From Myxococcota bacterium (GTDB lineage Bacteria; Myxococcota_A; SURF-8): DNA of 64,000 bases. Below the pieces are notes generated by a model that was not told the origin of the DNA, searched no databases, and worked only from the letters and a program-made list of their open reading frames with translations. The DNA is taken from positions 160,001-224,000 of the forward strand of contig OZ223209.1 in the NCBI GenBank assembly GCA_965140415.1, given 5' to 3'. The number at the start of each line of letters is the position of its first letter. Within the stretch, counting starts at the first letter, position 1. The position numbers and the translations under genes are program-made. Positions 1 through 9,910 of the stretch are shown here, piece after piece.

Positions 1-273
1 CTTGTTGCAAAACGGCATCCAGCGCAAGGGTTCCAGCTTTTCAAAGGAAAGCAGAATATCGACTTCGCCGGTCGGAATGATGGAGCTTGGCACCACCTCG
101 CCGAAACGGACCTGCGAATTGACGCTGCCACCACGTTGCGCCATGCCGTGTACTTCCGAGCGTTTGACATCGTAGCCCGCGTTCAATGCGACTTTCGCCA
201 GAATTTCACCGGCCAGCAAAATACCCTGACCGCCGACACCGACCACCAATACGTTCGTAATCGCGCCGCTCAT
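1..273 (-). CDS. iorB: indolepyruvate:ferredoxin oxidoreductase beta subunit (partial, runs off window start)
   Basis: Not in the ORF track. Manual translation from ATG 273 gives MSGAITNVLVVGVGGQGILLAGEILAKVALNAGYDVKRSEVHGMAQRGGSVNSQVRFG, with the IorB motifs GVGGQG and SEVHGMAQRGGSV. ATGA overlap with the iorA stop. Confidence 0.92.
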   Translation of the reverse strand, partial: MSGAITNVLVVGVGGQGILLAGEILAKVALNAGYDVKRSEVHGMAQRGGSVNSQVRFGEVVPSSIIPTGEVDILLSFEKLEPLRWMPFCNK

Positions 274-2117
274 TTCCGGCCTCCTTTCGCCTTGGCCGCC
301 TGGGCTTTCTTCTGTGCGGCGGCTTTCTTGCGCTTGCGCCGCGCCAGTTCCTTCTTCGCGATCGCCTTGTGCTCGTCTTCCTTGTCGGTGCGGTAGATCG
401 CCTCGAACTTGCACTGCTGGCTGCAAATGCTGCAACCCACGCACATCACCGGATCGATGCGCGCCAGCCGCTGTTTCTTGTCGTAGAAGATCGCTGGGCA
501 GCCGACTTTCGCACAAGCGCCGCAACCGACGCAGAGATCGGAATCCACGGCGTAGGGAATCAGCTTGATTTTGCCCCACTCCACGCAGTCGCGTTTGCCG
601 ATGACCACCGAAGGCTCGTTGTATTCCCAGTGTTTTTGCAACACGGCGCGCACCTGGGCGATGTCATAGGCGTCCACGACATCGACGTATTTGACGCCAC
701 AGGCTTTCACTAAAGCTTCAAGATCCACTGCGTGGGTTTCTTCGCCACTCAAGCGTTTGCCGGTCACCGGATTGTTCTGATGCCCGGTCATGGCAGTCAC
801 GCGGTTATCCAGAATGCAGGTGACGAAGGGAGTCTTATTGTGTACGGCATCGATCAGGCCGGTGATGCCCGAATGCATGAAGGTGCTGTCGCCGATGGTG
901 CAGGCCATGCGGCGGTCTTCTTCCTTACCACGCGCCTGAATCATGCCGGAACTGGCGGAGATCGAAGCGCCCATGCAGATGGTTGTATGCATGGCGGAAA
1001 TGGGTGGCAGCGCGGCCAGCGTGTAGCAGCCGATGTCGCCGAAAACAGTGGCCTTTTCCTGCTTCAGCGCCATGAACATGCCGCGATGCGAACAACCGGC
1101 GCACAGTGCGGGCGGACGTCCGGGGACGGCCACGTCCGTAGCCAACCCTTTTTTGACGCGCTTACCGAAGGCTTTGCGGATGCGGTCTACGTTGTATTCG
1201 CCAAGCAGGCCGGTGCGGTTTTTGCCGCCATCGACCGCAATACCTGCGGCTTTCAGTTGATCTTCCAAAAAGGCGTCGCCCTCTTCCACCACGTACAACT
1301 TTTCAACCTTTTTACGGAAAGTCTTGGCCAGTTGCAGATTCAGCGGATTGGTCAGACCGTATTTCAGTACCCAGGCATCCGGGAAGGCTTCTTTGACATA
1401 TTGATAGCTGACGCCGCTGGTGACGAAGCCGATTTTACTGCTACCCTTTTCAATGCGATTGAAAAGACCGGCTTTGCCCTCGGCCAACAGATCGACCATG
1501 CGCTGCTCGACCACCGGGTGGCGCTTGCGCGCATTCACCGGCAGCATGACGTTTTTCGCAAAGTTGTAGCTGTACTCTTTCAGCGGAAGCTCATTGCGCT
1601 CTTGCAATTCCACCACCGATTGTGAATGGCTGATGCGTGTCGTCACGCGCACCAAAACCAGCGAATCGTAGCGCTCGGACAGCTCGAAGGCGGCCTTGAC
1701 GAATTCCTTGGCCTCGCCCGAATCGGAAGGTTCCAGCAGCGGTACTTTCGCCGCGCGAGCGTAATGACGATTGTCCTGCTCGTTCTGCGAACTGTGAAGT
1801 TCGGGATCGTCCGCCGTGATGACAACCAGTCCGCCGTTGACACCGATGTAACTCATGGAGAACAACGGATCGGCAGCGACGTTCAGCCCGACGTGCTTCA
1901 TGGCGCACAGTACACGCGCCCCGCCCAGCGATGCGCCGCTGGCCACTTCCAGCGCGACCTTTTCGTTGATCGACCACTGCGATTTCAATTCGGGATAACG
2001 TCCGCAGTTCCACAGAATCTCCGTACTGGGAGTCCCCGGATAGGCGACCGCTACATGCGCTCCAGCCTCCCAGGCTCCGCGCGCGATGGCTTCATTGCCG
2101 GAATACACCGCTTTCAT
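270..2117 (-). CDS. iorA: indolepyruvate:ferredoxin oxidoreductase alpha subunit
   Basis: SGNEAIARGA, YPGTPSTEI, KHVGLNVAAD, SSQNEQDNR, LCAGCSHR, GDIGCY, TPP motif GDSTFMHSG, C-terminal 2x[4Fe-4S] Cys motifs. Start placed at ATG 2117 behind GGAGG. Confidence 0.95.
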   Translation of the reverse strand: MKAVYSGNEAIARGAWEAGAHVAVAYPGTPSTEILWNCGRYPELKSQWSINEKVALEVASGASLGGARVLCAMKHVGLNVAADPLFSMSYIGVNGGLVVITADDPELHSSQNEQDNRHYARAAKVPLLEPSDSGEAKEFVKAAFELSERYDSLVLVRVTTRISHSQSVVELQERNELPLKEYSYNFAKNVMLPVNARKRHPVVEQRMVDLLAEGKAGLFNRIEKGSSKIGFVTSGVSYQYVKEAFPDAWVLKYGLTNPLNLQLAKTFRKKVEKLYVVEEGDAFLEDQLKAAGIAVDGGKNRTGLLGEYNVDRIRKAFGKRVKKGLATDVAVPGRPPALCAGCSHRGMFMALKQEKATVFGDIGCYTLAALPPISAMHTTICMGASISASSGMIQARGKEEDRRMACTIGDSTFMHSGITGLIDAVHNKTPFVTCILDNRVTAMTGHQNNPVTGKRLSGEETHAVDLEALVKACGVKYVDVVDAYDIAQVRAVLQKHWEYNEPSVVIGKRDCVEWGKIKLIPYAVDSDLCVGCGACAKVGCPAIFYDKKQRLARIDPVMCVGCSICSQQCKFEAIYRTDKEDEHKAIAKKELARRKRKKAAAQKKAQAAKAKGGRK

Positions 2118-2237
2118 CAACACCTCCAAGCTTCCACGATTAGGGTTGCAGGCTTTCCGTGTGATCTAACATACTTATGTACTAGCCCCAATTGTTTTTT
2201 TGTTGCAGCGAGATTTGATCCGCTCTTCGTATTAATT

Positions 2238-3332
2238 TCAGGCGTTTTCGCTCTGACGCAGCTTGGCGTAATCGCGAGCTTCCGCTTCGCCCCGCAATAC
2301 ACGCAGCGCACCGTTTGCCAGCGCTTCCATTTCCAGTTCGCCCGGCACCGTTTCAAGCGGAGCCAGCTTTTCGATCCACTGCGATAGTTCCTTCAGGAAT
2401 ACAGCCGATTTTGCCAGACCGCCGGTCAGCACAATCAATTCCGCGCCGCCGCAAGCGACCGACATCGCACCGATTTCCTTGGCCACCTGATAGGCCATGG
2501 CCCGCCAGATCAGCCCGGCCTGTTCCTCGCCGTCTAAAACACGACGCTCGACTTCGAGCATGTCCATCGTGCCCAGATGATCGCAAACACCGCCCGTTTT
2601 CAGTAAGCGCCGGGTAATGCTATCTTTACTGGCACCTTCTGAAAAGCATAGTGAAACCAAGGAGGTAGCTGGTACCGAACCGGCGCGCTGCGGTGAAAAC
2701 GGTCCCATGTCGTTGGCGTTATTGACATCCACGCAGCAGCCCTGCCGATGCGCCGACACGCTGATGCCGGTGCCCAGATGCGCCACCACCAGATTGCTTT
2801 TTTCGTAGGTCAAACCGCGCCGTTCGCAGGCCAGCCGCGCAGTATAGCGGCTGTTCAAGGCATGCCACAACGAACGCCGGGGAGTATCTTTGAGTCCGCC
2901 GATGCGGGCAACATCCGTGAATTCGTCCACGCTGACCGGATCGACCACGAACGCCGGTTTATCACGCGCCGCCATCAACTTGCGCGCCATCAATGCACCC
3001 AGCAGGCTGGGGTGATCAGTCAGAATACGACCTTCCATGATGTCGGAAACCATGCGGCCATCGACGGCGTAGGTGCCGGCAGGCAGCGGCTGCAAAGGAC
3101 CGCCGCGCGCCGCCACGGCGTCCAGGATATCCACATCGATTCCCCATTTGTGGATCAGTTCGCCGATGCCGTAGAGTCGGTACTTGACCTGATCCACCGA
3201 GCGCTTGAACATCTCCAGATCGCGCGGCTCGTGCTGGATATTCTCCGAATGCAGGCACTGCTCGTCTTCGTAATAGGCGACTTTGGTGGAGATTCCACCG
3301 GGGTTTAATACCAGAATATGCTTTACGCTCAT
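2238..3332 (-). CDS. buk: butyrate/branched-chain carboxylate kinase family
   Basis: LNPGGISTKVA, ARGG, VDPVSVDE, HALN, AHLGTGISVSAH, GPFSPQRAGS, AMAYQVAKEIG, LTGGLA, PGELEMEALA. Confidence 0.9.
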   Translation of the reverse strand: MSVKHILVLNPGGISTKVAYYEDEQCLHSENIQHEPRDLEMFKRSVDQVKYRLYGIGELIHKWGIDVDILDAVAARGGPLQPLPAGTYAVDGRMVSDIMEGRILTDHPSLLGALMARKLMAARDKPAFVVDPVSVDEFTDVARIGGLKDTPRRSLWHALNSRYTARLACERRGLTYEKSNLVVAHLGTGISVSAHRQGCCVDVNNANDMGPFSPQRAGSVPATSLVSLCFSEGASKDSITRRLLKTGGVCDHLGTMDMLEVERRVLDGEEQAGLIWRAMAYQVAKEIGAMSVACGGAELIVLTGGLAKSAVFLKELSQWIEKLAPLETVPGELEMEALANGALRVLRGEAEARDYAKLRQSENA

Positions 3333-4240
3333 GCTTTGGCTCCCGGCAACATGGCGATGGCGGCGGAGATGGAACGCAGCCGCACTTCAGGCGTATCCAC
3401 GCGCGAAAGCGACACGATCGGAATGCGGGCGCCTACAACCACGCCGCTGCCCTGGCCACCATTGAAAATAAGGGCTTTGGTCATAGCGTTACAGGGGGTG
3501 ATGTCCGGCGCGACGATCGCGTCCACGTCTCCGGCGATCTCGCTTTTGTAGTCTTTGATGATCTTTGCCTGCGGATTCAGGCAGAGGTCGACCGCCATCG
3601 GACCTTCGATCTTGGCTTCGCCGAATTCCCCCGCTTTGGCCATGCGCACCACTTCGGCCCATTCCTCGGTTTCGAAATCGTCGGGCATGACTTTTTCCAC
3701 GTAGGAAAGCAGGCCGATTTTCGGGCAATCATAGCCCAGTTGATGGAAAGCCTTGACGGTATTGCGCACGATACCGATTTTATGCTTGAGCTTGGGATGC
3801 CGGATCAGGCCGCCGTCGGTGGTGCCGAACAATTTCGGATAGTTGTCGATGCGCAACAGTGCGATATGCGACAACAAACCGCCGTTGGCCAAGCCCGCCT
3901 GCTTATCCAGCACCGCCGAAAACAGATCGTGCGTGGTCATGTGACCCTTCATCAACAGATCCGCTTCGCCTTCGCGCACGGCGGAAACCGCTCGCAATGC
4001 ACAGGCATTGTCACTTTCTTCACAATTGTGAATCGTGCAGTCCAGCGGCAATTCCAGGCGCTCGATGATTTCCTCTATTTTTTTGCGATTGCCGAACAGC
4101 ACCGGCTCGATCAGTCCTTTTTGCTGCGCCAGCACCAGCCCGCCCAAGACCAGTTCATCTTCGGCCCGCGCCACCGCAAGTCGTTTTACACCACGCCCGA
4201 CAGCCAGGCTTAACAGTTCGTCGAAATCTCTAAGCGCCAT
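3329..4240 (-). CDS. ptb: phosphate butyryltransferase / phosphate acyltransferase family
   Basis: ADLLMKG, LLSH, TDGG, IEGPMAVD, IAGDVD, VVVGARIPIVSLSRVD; overlaps the buk start. Confidence 0.85.
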   Translation of the reverse strand: MALRDFDELLSLAVGRGVKRLAVARAEDELVLGGLVLAQQKGLIEPVLFGNRKKIEEIIERLELPLDCTIHNCEESDNACALRAVSAVREGEADLLMKGHMTTHDLFSAVLDKQAGLANGGLLSHIALLRIDNYPKLFGTTDGGLIRHPKLKHKIGIVRNTVKAFHQLGYDCPKIGLLSYVEKVMPDDFETEEWAEVVRMAKAGEFGEAKIEGPMAVDLCLNPQAKIIKDYKSEIAGDVDAIVAPDITPCNAMTKALIFNGGQGSGVVVGARIPIVSLSRVDTPEVRLRSISAAIAMLPGAKA

Positions 4241-4462
4241 CAGCTTTCACTCCACTCGTTACTGTTCCATAAGAGAGCCAGCCCCGCGATCAACAGCGGA
4301 ACCACGACTCATACAACCAGATGTTTCAATACCTTATTTCGTATCTTGACGTTTCATGACGCTGTTTGTTGTTTCGCGCCACGATAAAACGAACGCCGGA
4401 CAAACAGGGGCCTTGCGTCTGTACGCCGCCCCTGAAAGCCTCTGTCCGATATACTCATGATT

Positions 4463-5230
4463 TTAAATGTAGTACCGATCTTTATCCACTTCGTCGCGCA
4501 GAATCCGCAGTTCGTCGTCGGTCGGTTCCTCGTTGACTCCCACCTGCTCCGGTACAATCAACTCGAACCCGGTGTTTTTCTTGACGTCTTCCACGGTTGC
4601 ACCCGGATTGAGCGCCAACAGCCGCATGCGCTTGCTGTCGGGATCGAAGTCCATGGTGCACAGGTTCGTCACCACGCGATAAGGGCCGGTGCCTTTGGGT
4701 AGACCCGCCGCTTCGCGAGCGCCAGGGCCGGTCAGGTAGCCGGGTGTGGTGAGGAAATCGACTTTTTCAACGAAAGAACGCGCCGACTGCCTCATTATGA
4801 CGATGGTGCGCCAGCAGGCCGAGCCGACGTCGTTGCCGCCGCCCGAACCGGGCAGGCGAACTTTGGGATGATCGTGTTCACCGATCACCGTGGTGTTCAG
4901 ATTTCCGTATGGATCGATCTGAGCGCCGCCTAAAAAGCCGTATTCGATAAAGCCGCGCTGCGCCGCTTCCATGATATCCAGAATGCCGGAGGCGTGTAAC
5001 CCCTTGTTATAGGTGCGCATATCGCCCACCGCCAGCGGCAGTTTTTCCAGAATCGCGCCGGTGCCGCCGAATTCAAAAACCGCCGTCAATGCCGGAGCAT
5101 GCATTTTCTGCGCTAACGAGGCCGCCAGCATCGGAACGCCGGTTCCGATAAAAGCCGTGGTTTTATCCGTTACCAGGCGGCTGGCCAAGCTGATCATCAA
5201 CTCCGTTCCGTTGTAACGAGCTTCCGCCAT
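4463..5230 (-). CDS. family I CoA-transferase beta subunit (glutaconate CoA-transferase GctB-like)
   Basis: FIGTGVP, VFEFG (catalytic Glu region), FLGGAQIDPYGNLNTT, RLPGSGGGND, FVEKVDFLTTPG; AAGGAGG RBS before ATG 5230. Confidence 0.88.
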   Translation of the reverse strand: MAEARYNGTELMISLASRLVTDKTTAFIGTGVPMLAASLAQKMHAPALTAVFEFGGTGAILEKLPLAVGDMRTYNKGLHASGILDIMEAAQRGFIEYGFLGGAQIDPYGNLNTTVIGEHDHPKVRLPGSGGGNDVGSACWRTIVIMRQSARSFVEKVDFLTTPGYLTGPGAREAAGLPKGTGPYRVVTNLCTMDFDPDSKRMRLLALNPGATVEDVKKNTGFELIVPEQVGVNEEPTDDELRILRDEVDKDRYYI

Positions 5231-5232
5231 GG

Positions 5233-6213
5233 TCAACCCTCCTTGATCCGCAACGCTTCGAGCCGGTCGCGCCCGACAACATCCAGGTATTCCTCGTGAT
5301 TTTTCACGCTATAGATGTATTTGTCCAGATACTCCTTGACCTTCTGCTCGTCTTTGGATTCGGTGAAATACTGCTTGATATGTTCTTCGTCGCGTTCGTA
5401 CACGCCGTTCATTTCTCCCGGATGCGAACCGAAAGGCGCGTGCACCACGGCATCCACCAGATAATAGGGGATAATGGTGCGATCCGGCTGCTTGCGGATC
5501 TCTTCGGTGTCGATGATCTCCTCGGCGCTGATAATCAGGCGCTTACTGGCGCGTGCCATTTCGGCGGCGAAACCGGTGATGCCGTCGATCTGGCAGTTAC
5601 CGTATTTATCCGCGCGGTTGACGTGAATGACGCCGACATCCAATACCAGTGCGGGAACCAAGGCGATCGGTTCGCCGGTAAAGGGACATTCGATGACTTT
5701 GGCTGCCGAATATTTCAGCGTGTCAGTGCCCAGCATCGAGCGCACCGGCAGAAACGGAACGCCCATGGCGGCGGCTTTGAAACGCCAGGCCAAGCTGGCG
5801 TTGGACCATTCGACCACGTGTTCCACGTATCCGCTTTCCACCGTGCGGCGCAGGTTGCTGCTGACGCCGTAGACTTCCAGACCGATGTAGGTCCAGTCCA
5901 TTTCTTTAAAGACGTTGGCGGCGGCGAACAGGTCGGATTCGTAAACGCCTTGTGCGGCGGAACGCAACTTGCTGTAGCCGCGTCGGATCAACTCGCGCAC
6001 CAGCGACATTGGACAACGCACGGTGCCGTACAGCTCCACGCCGACATAGTCGCCTTCTTTTACGAAGCGGCTAACGGCGTCGCCTTCCAGCATGCGCTTG
6101 TCTACCAGCGCTTTTTCCTTGTTTCGATTGAAGGCGCGGAAGTCGTCCAGATTGAACGGCTGAATCAGCTTGCCTTCCCCTTCCTGCAATACTTTTACGC
6201 TGCGTTCGGCCAT
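5233..6213 (-). CDS. family I CoA-transferase alpha subunit (GctA-like)
   Basis: RCPMSLVRELIR, EWSN, AAAMGVPFLPVRSMLGTD, CPFTGE, DVGVIHVNRADKYGNCQI, HAPFGSHP. Confidence 0.88.
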   Translation of the reverse strand: MAERSVKVLQEGEGKLIQPFNLDDFRAFNRNKEKALVDKRMLEGDAVSRFVKEGDYVGVELYGTVRCPMSLVRELIRRGYSKLRSAAQGVYESDLFAAANVFKEMDWTYIGLEVYGVSSNLRRTVESGYVEHVVEWSNASLAWRFKAAAMGVPFLPVRSMLGTDTLKYSAAKVIECPFTGEPIALVPALVLDVGVIHVNRADKYGNCQIDGITGFAAEMARASKRLIISAEEIIDTEEIRKQPDRTIIPYYLVDAVVHAPFGSHPGEMNGVYERDEEHIKQYFTESKDEQKVKEYLDKYIYSVKNHEEYLDVVGRDRLEALRIKEG

Positions 6214-6251
6214 GTTTCGCCTTTCTAAAGAAAAGGACTTGAATGGATACG

Positions 6252-6278
6252 AAAAACCCGGCGGAAGATCCGCCGGGT
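6252..6278 (-). terminator. intrinsic terminator downstream of por/nifJ
   Basis: ACCCGGCGGA-AGA-TCCGCCGGGT perfect 10-bp stem followed on the minus strand by a T run. Confidence 0.75.
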
Positions 6279-6286
6279 GATTAAGG

Positions 6287-9200
6287 TTACTTGCTATCGG
6301 GCCGCTGCCAGTTTTCGAAGGACATGCCCGCCAGACTCTTATAATAGTTGTAGCGGTTGGTCACAAAGCGTTCGGCCTCGGCAAAGAATTCCTCGGCGCG
6401 CTTCGGTTGTTCGTCCTTCAAGCGGGCGAAACGACGCTCGCCATTGAGGAAATCGGTCAGAGGAATCGTCGGTTCCTTGCTGTCCAGCTGCAAAGGATTC
6501 TTACCGGTTTTGAGCAGGCGCGGATCGTAGCGATACAGCAGCCAATAACCGGAATCCACCGCCAACTTGGAGTAATACGGTCCTTTGCTCATGTTGATGC
6601 CGTGCTCGATGCAGCTACTGAAGGCGATGATCAGGCTGACGCCCGGATACTCGATCGCCTCGCGCATGGCCTTGACGGTGTGATTCATGTTGGCGCCGAA
6701 GTTGATGCTGGCGACATACACGTTACGGTAGGTCATGGCCATCATGCCGAGATCTTTTTTGTTCGTCTCTTTGCCTGCCGCAGCGAACTTGGCCACTCCG
6801 CCCACGAAGGTCGCTTTGGAGCGTTGACCACCGGTGTTGGAGTAGACTTCGGTGTCCATAACCAGGATGTTAACGTTCTTGCCGCTGGCGAAAACGTGAT
6901 CCAGGCCGCCGTAACCGATGTCGTAAGCCCAGCCGTCACCACCGACGATAAAGACGGTGATTTCAGTCAGATACGAAGCCAGCTCGCCCAGTTCGGCCAG
7001 GGCCGATCCGGCAGGAGCCTTTTTGCACAGTTCACGCACCGTTTCGGCGGCGGCTTTGCTGCTCTTGTACACGGCGTCATCGGCCTGTTCGGCCAACGGA
7101 GCGATCTTGCCCAGCGCGTCTTTCACATCGGCGGGGGTGGACGCATCGCTAAGTGCCTGATTGCGCAGCATTTCAGCGCGCTCTTGCAGTTTTTCAACGG
7201 ATAGGCGCATACCCAGGCCATGCTCGGCGTTATCTTCGAACAACGAAGACGACCAAGCCGGACCGCGACCTTCCGGAGTTTTGCAGTACGGCACGGTGGG
7301 GGCGGTGCCGCCGTAGATGCTGGAACAACCGGTGGCGTTGCTGATCATCATGTGATCGCCAACCAACTGCGTGGCCAGCTTGATATACGGTGTTTCACCG
7401 CAGCCGGGGCAGGCGCCACTGAACTCGAAGAGCGGTGTAATAAACTGCGTGCCTTTAACGACGTTGCGGTTGATGAATTTCTCGTCGGTGTCGGGCAGGC
7501 GCTCGAATTCAGCCAGCGACTGACGGGATTGTTCCAGGATATCGTACTTGGGCGTCATGGTCAGCGCCTTGGCGCCGGTTTCCTTGTTTTTGCCCAGACA
7601 GGCTTGGACGCAGACGCCGCAACCGGTGCAATCGTCCGGGTAAACCTGCACGCGCACCACATCGTTTTCGGTGACGTCCTTGCCCTTCAAAGGAATCGTG
7701 GCGTACTGCTCGGCGGACAGTTTGATGTCGGCCTTATTGTGTACTTTCAAACGTATTGCCGCATGCGGGCAGACGAAAGCGCAGTATCCGCACTGGATAC
7801 ACAGTTCTGGATTCCAGTTGGGCACGTTGACCGCGATGGAGCGTTTTTCGTAGCGCGTGGTCGCAGTGGGGAAAGCGCCGTCATCGGGAATGGCGGACAC
7901 CGGGATGTTGTCGCCCTGCAAATGGACGATCGGATCGATGACCTGATCCAGAATGGGAGCGATATCGGCATCTTCGGGCAGAGCCTGCAACTTGGCGGCC
8001 AGGGGATGCGCCTCGCCGACGGTCTCCGGCACCGGAACTTCGAAGAAGGCTTCCAGGCCACGCTCAAAGGCGCTCAGGTTGATCTGTACGACCTTTTCGC
8101 CCTTTTTGCCGTAACTCTTGCGAACCGCTTTTTCCACCGCTACCTTGATGACGTCTTCCGGCAGAATCTGTGTGATTTTGAAGAATGCCGCCTGCATGGT
8201 GGTGTTGATGCGGCCCGGCATACCCAGATCGCTGACGACCTTGTTGGCGTCGATGGCGAACAGGCGCGCCTTGCGCTCGATCATGATTTTCTGCTCGCGC
8301 TCGGGGAAGGACTGGAAGACTTCTTCTTTTGGCAGGCTGGTGTTGATCAGCACCATGCCGCCCTGCCCCAGACCTTTAAGCAGTTCGTATTTCCCAAGGA
8401 ATTCACGATTGTGAATAGCCACGAAGTCGGGTTTGTCGATTTCGTAATGCGACAGAATCGGCGATTTGGAGAAGCGCAGGTGACTGATGGTCGTGCCGCC
8501 CGCTTTTTTGGAGTCGTACACGAAGTGACCCTGCACGTACATGTCGGAGTTGTCGCCGATGATTTTGATGGAGTTCTTGTTCGCGCCGACGGTGCCGTCC
8601 GAACCCAGACCCCAGAATTTCAGGCGATGCACGCCTGCCGCTTCGGAGTCCACCTGCTCGGTGACGGGAATCGACAGGTTGCTGACGTCGTCGGTGATGC
8701 CGACGGTGAAGCCATGCTTCCAGTCCGCCGGGGCGCTGCCTTCCAGATGTTGCACGACTGCGTTGACGTGCGCCGGAGTGAAGTCTTTGCTGGAAAGACC
8801 ATAGCGACCGCCCACAACGTGCGGAACGCTGGCGACGGTGCCGCGTCGGGTCGCTTCCGCATAGGCGGCCACGACATCCTGATACAGCGGTTCGCCGTTG
8901 CTACCCGGCTCCTTGGTGCGATCGAGAACCGCGATATTCTTAACGCTTTTCGGAATCTGCTTGATGAAGGTATCGAAGGCGAAGGGGCGATACAGGCGCA
9001 CTTTCAACACGCCCAGTTTCTTGCCGCGTTCGCGGTTCAGGTATTCAATCGCTTCTTGGGCGACTGCCGCGCCGCTACCCATGATCACTACCAGCGTTTC
9101 CGCTTCCGGATGGCCGATGTACTCGTAGGGCTTGTAATGACGACCGGTCAACTCGCCGAATTTGGCGTAGACGGCTTCCAGATGTCCCGGTATCGCAGCA

Positions 9201-9910
9201 TGATGCAGGTTGCGCGCTTCCGCTCCCTGGAACCAGATATCCGGGTTCATGGCGGTGCCCTTGAGCATCGGATGATCCGGGTTCATGGCGCGGGCGCGGA
9301 ATTTGTTCAGGGCGTCCATATCGACCAGGGCGCGCATGGTTTCATTCGAGAGCAACTCGACCTTGCTGATTTCATGCGAGGTGCGGAAGCCGTCGAAGAA
9401 ATGCACGAACGGCAGCGAGGAGTTGATCGAGGTCGCCATGGCGATGGCGGCCTGGTCCATGACTTCCTGCTGATTGGCGCTGGCGAGCATGGAAAAACCG
9501 GTCTGGCGGCAGGCCATGACATCGGAATGATCGCCGAAAATGGAGAGAGCGTGTGTGCTGAGCGTACGGGCCGTAACATTAAACACTGCCGGCAACAGTT
9601 CACCGGCGATTTTGTACATGCTCGGAATCATTAATAAGAGGCCCTGGCTGGCCGTAAAGGTCGTGGTCAGCGATCCGGCGGACATCGCGCCGTGAATGGC
9701 TGCCACCGCGCCGCCTTCGCTTTGCATTTCGTACACGGTCGGAACCATGCCGAAGATGTTTTCCCGGCCCTTGGCGGAGTATTCGTCCGCTGCTTCGGCC
9801 ATCGGGGAAGATGGGGTAATCGGGTAGATGGCGATCACTTCGCTCATGGCATGCGCACTGTGCGAAGCTGCCGCGTTTCCATCCATAGACATCCATTTTC
9901 CGTCGCTCAT
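6287..9910 (-). CDS. nifJ: pyruvate:ferredoxin (flavodoxin) oxidoreductase, homodimeric type
   Basis: DGNAAA, AIYPITPSSPMAE, MQSEGGA, TTFTASQGLLLMIP, FFDGFRTSHE, GLGSDGTVGANKN, two ferredoxin motifs, FEFSGACPGCGETPY, GGDGWAYDIG. Start ATG 9910 behind AGGAG. Confidence 0.97.
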   Translation of the reverse strand: MSDGKWMSMDGNAAASHSAHAMSEVIAIYPITPSSPMAEAADEYSAKGRENIFGMVPTVYEMQSEGGAVAAIHGAMSAGSLTTTFTASQGLLLMIPSMYKIAGELLPAVFNVTARTLSTHALSIFGDHSDVMACRQTGFSMLASANQQEVMDQAAIAMATSINSSLPFVHFFDGFRTSHEISKVELLSNETMRALVDMDALNKFRARAMNPDHPMLKGTAMNPDIWFQGAEARNLHHAAIPGHLEAVYAKFGELTGRHYKPYEYIGHPEAETLVVIMGSGAAVAQEAIEYLNRERGKKLGVLKVRLYRPFAFDTFIKQIPKSVKNIAVLDRTKEPGSNGEPLYQDVVAAYAEATRRGTVASVPHVVGGRYGLSSKDFTPAHVNAVVQHLEGSAPADWKHGFTVGITDDVSNLSIPVTEQVDSEAAGVHRLKFWGLGSDGTVGANKNSIKIIGDNSDMYVQGHFVYDSKKAGGTTISHLRFSKSPILSHYEIDKPDFVAIHNREFLGKYELLKGLGQGGMVLINTSLPKEEVFQSFPEREQKIMIERKARLFAIDANKVVSDLGMPGRINTTMQAAFFKITQILPEDVIKVAVEKAVRKSYGKKGEKVVQINLSAFERGLEAFFEVPVPETVGEAHPLAAKLQALPEDADIAPILDQVIDPIVHLQGDNIPVSAIPDDGAFPTATTRYEKRSIAVNVPNWNPELCIQCGYCAFVCPHAAIRLKVHNKADIKLSAEQYATIPLKGKDVTENDVVRVQVYPDDCTGCGVCVQACLGKNKETGAKALTMTPKYDILEQSRQSLAEFERLPDTDEKFINRNVVKGTQFITPLFEFSGACPGCGETPYIKLATQLVGDHMMISNATGCSSIYGGTAPTVPYCKTPEGRGPAWSSSLFEDNAEHGLGMRLSVEKLQERAEMLRNQALSDASTPADVKDALGKIAPLAEQADDAVYKSSKAAAETVRELCKKAPAGSALAELGELASYLTEITVFIVGGDGWAYDIGYGGLDHVFASGKNVNILVMDTEVYSNTGGQRSKATFVGGVAKFAAAGKETNKKDLGMMAMTYRNVYVASINFGANMNHTVKAMREAIEYPGVSLIIAFSSCIEHGINMSKGPYYSKLAVDSGYWLLYRYDPRLLKTGKNPLQLDSKEPTIPLTDFLNGERRFARLKDEQPKRAEEFFAEAERFVTNRYNYYKSLAGMSFENWQRPDSK

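Noticed and set aside
2160-2175. CRP-like TGTGA upstream of iorA
   Set aside because: Only a half-site is present; the second half does not match TCACA.
7220-9634. 804-aa plus-strand ORF (and similar long antisense ORFs at 5296-6228, 29835-31163, 17229-18056, 63170-63901)
   Set aside because: They lie antisense to well-supported genes and have no recognisable motifs; they are typical shadow ORFs of GC-rich codon usage.
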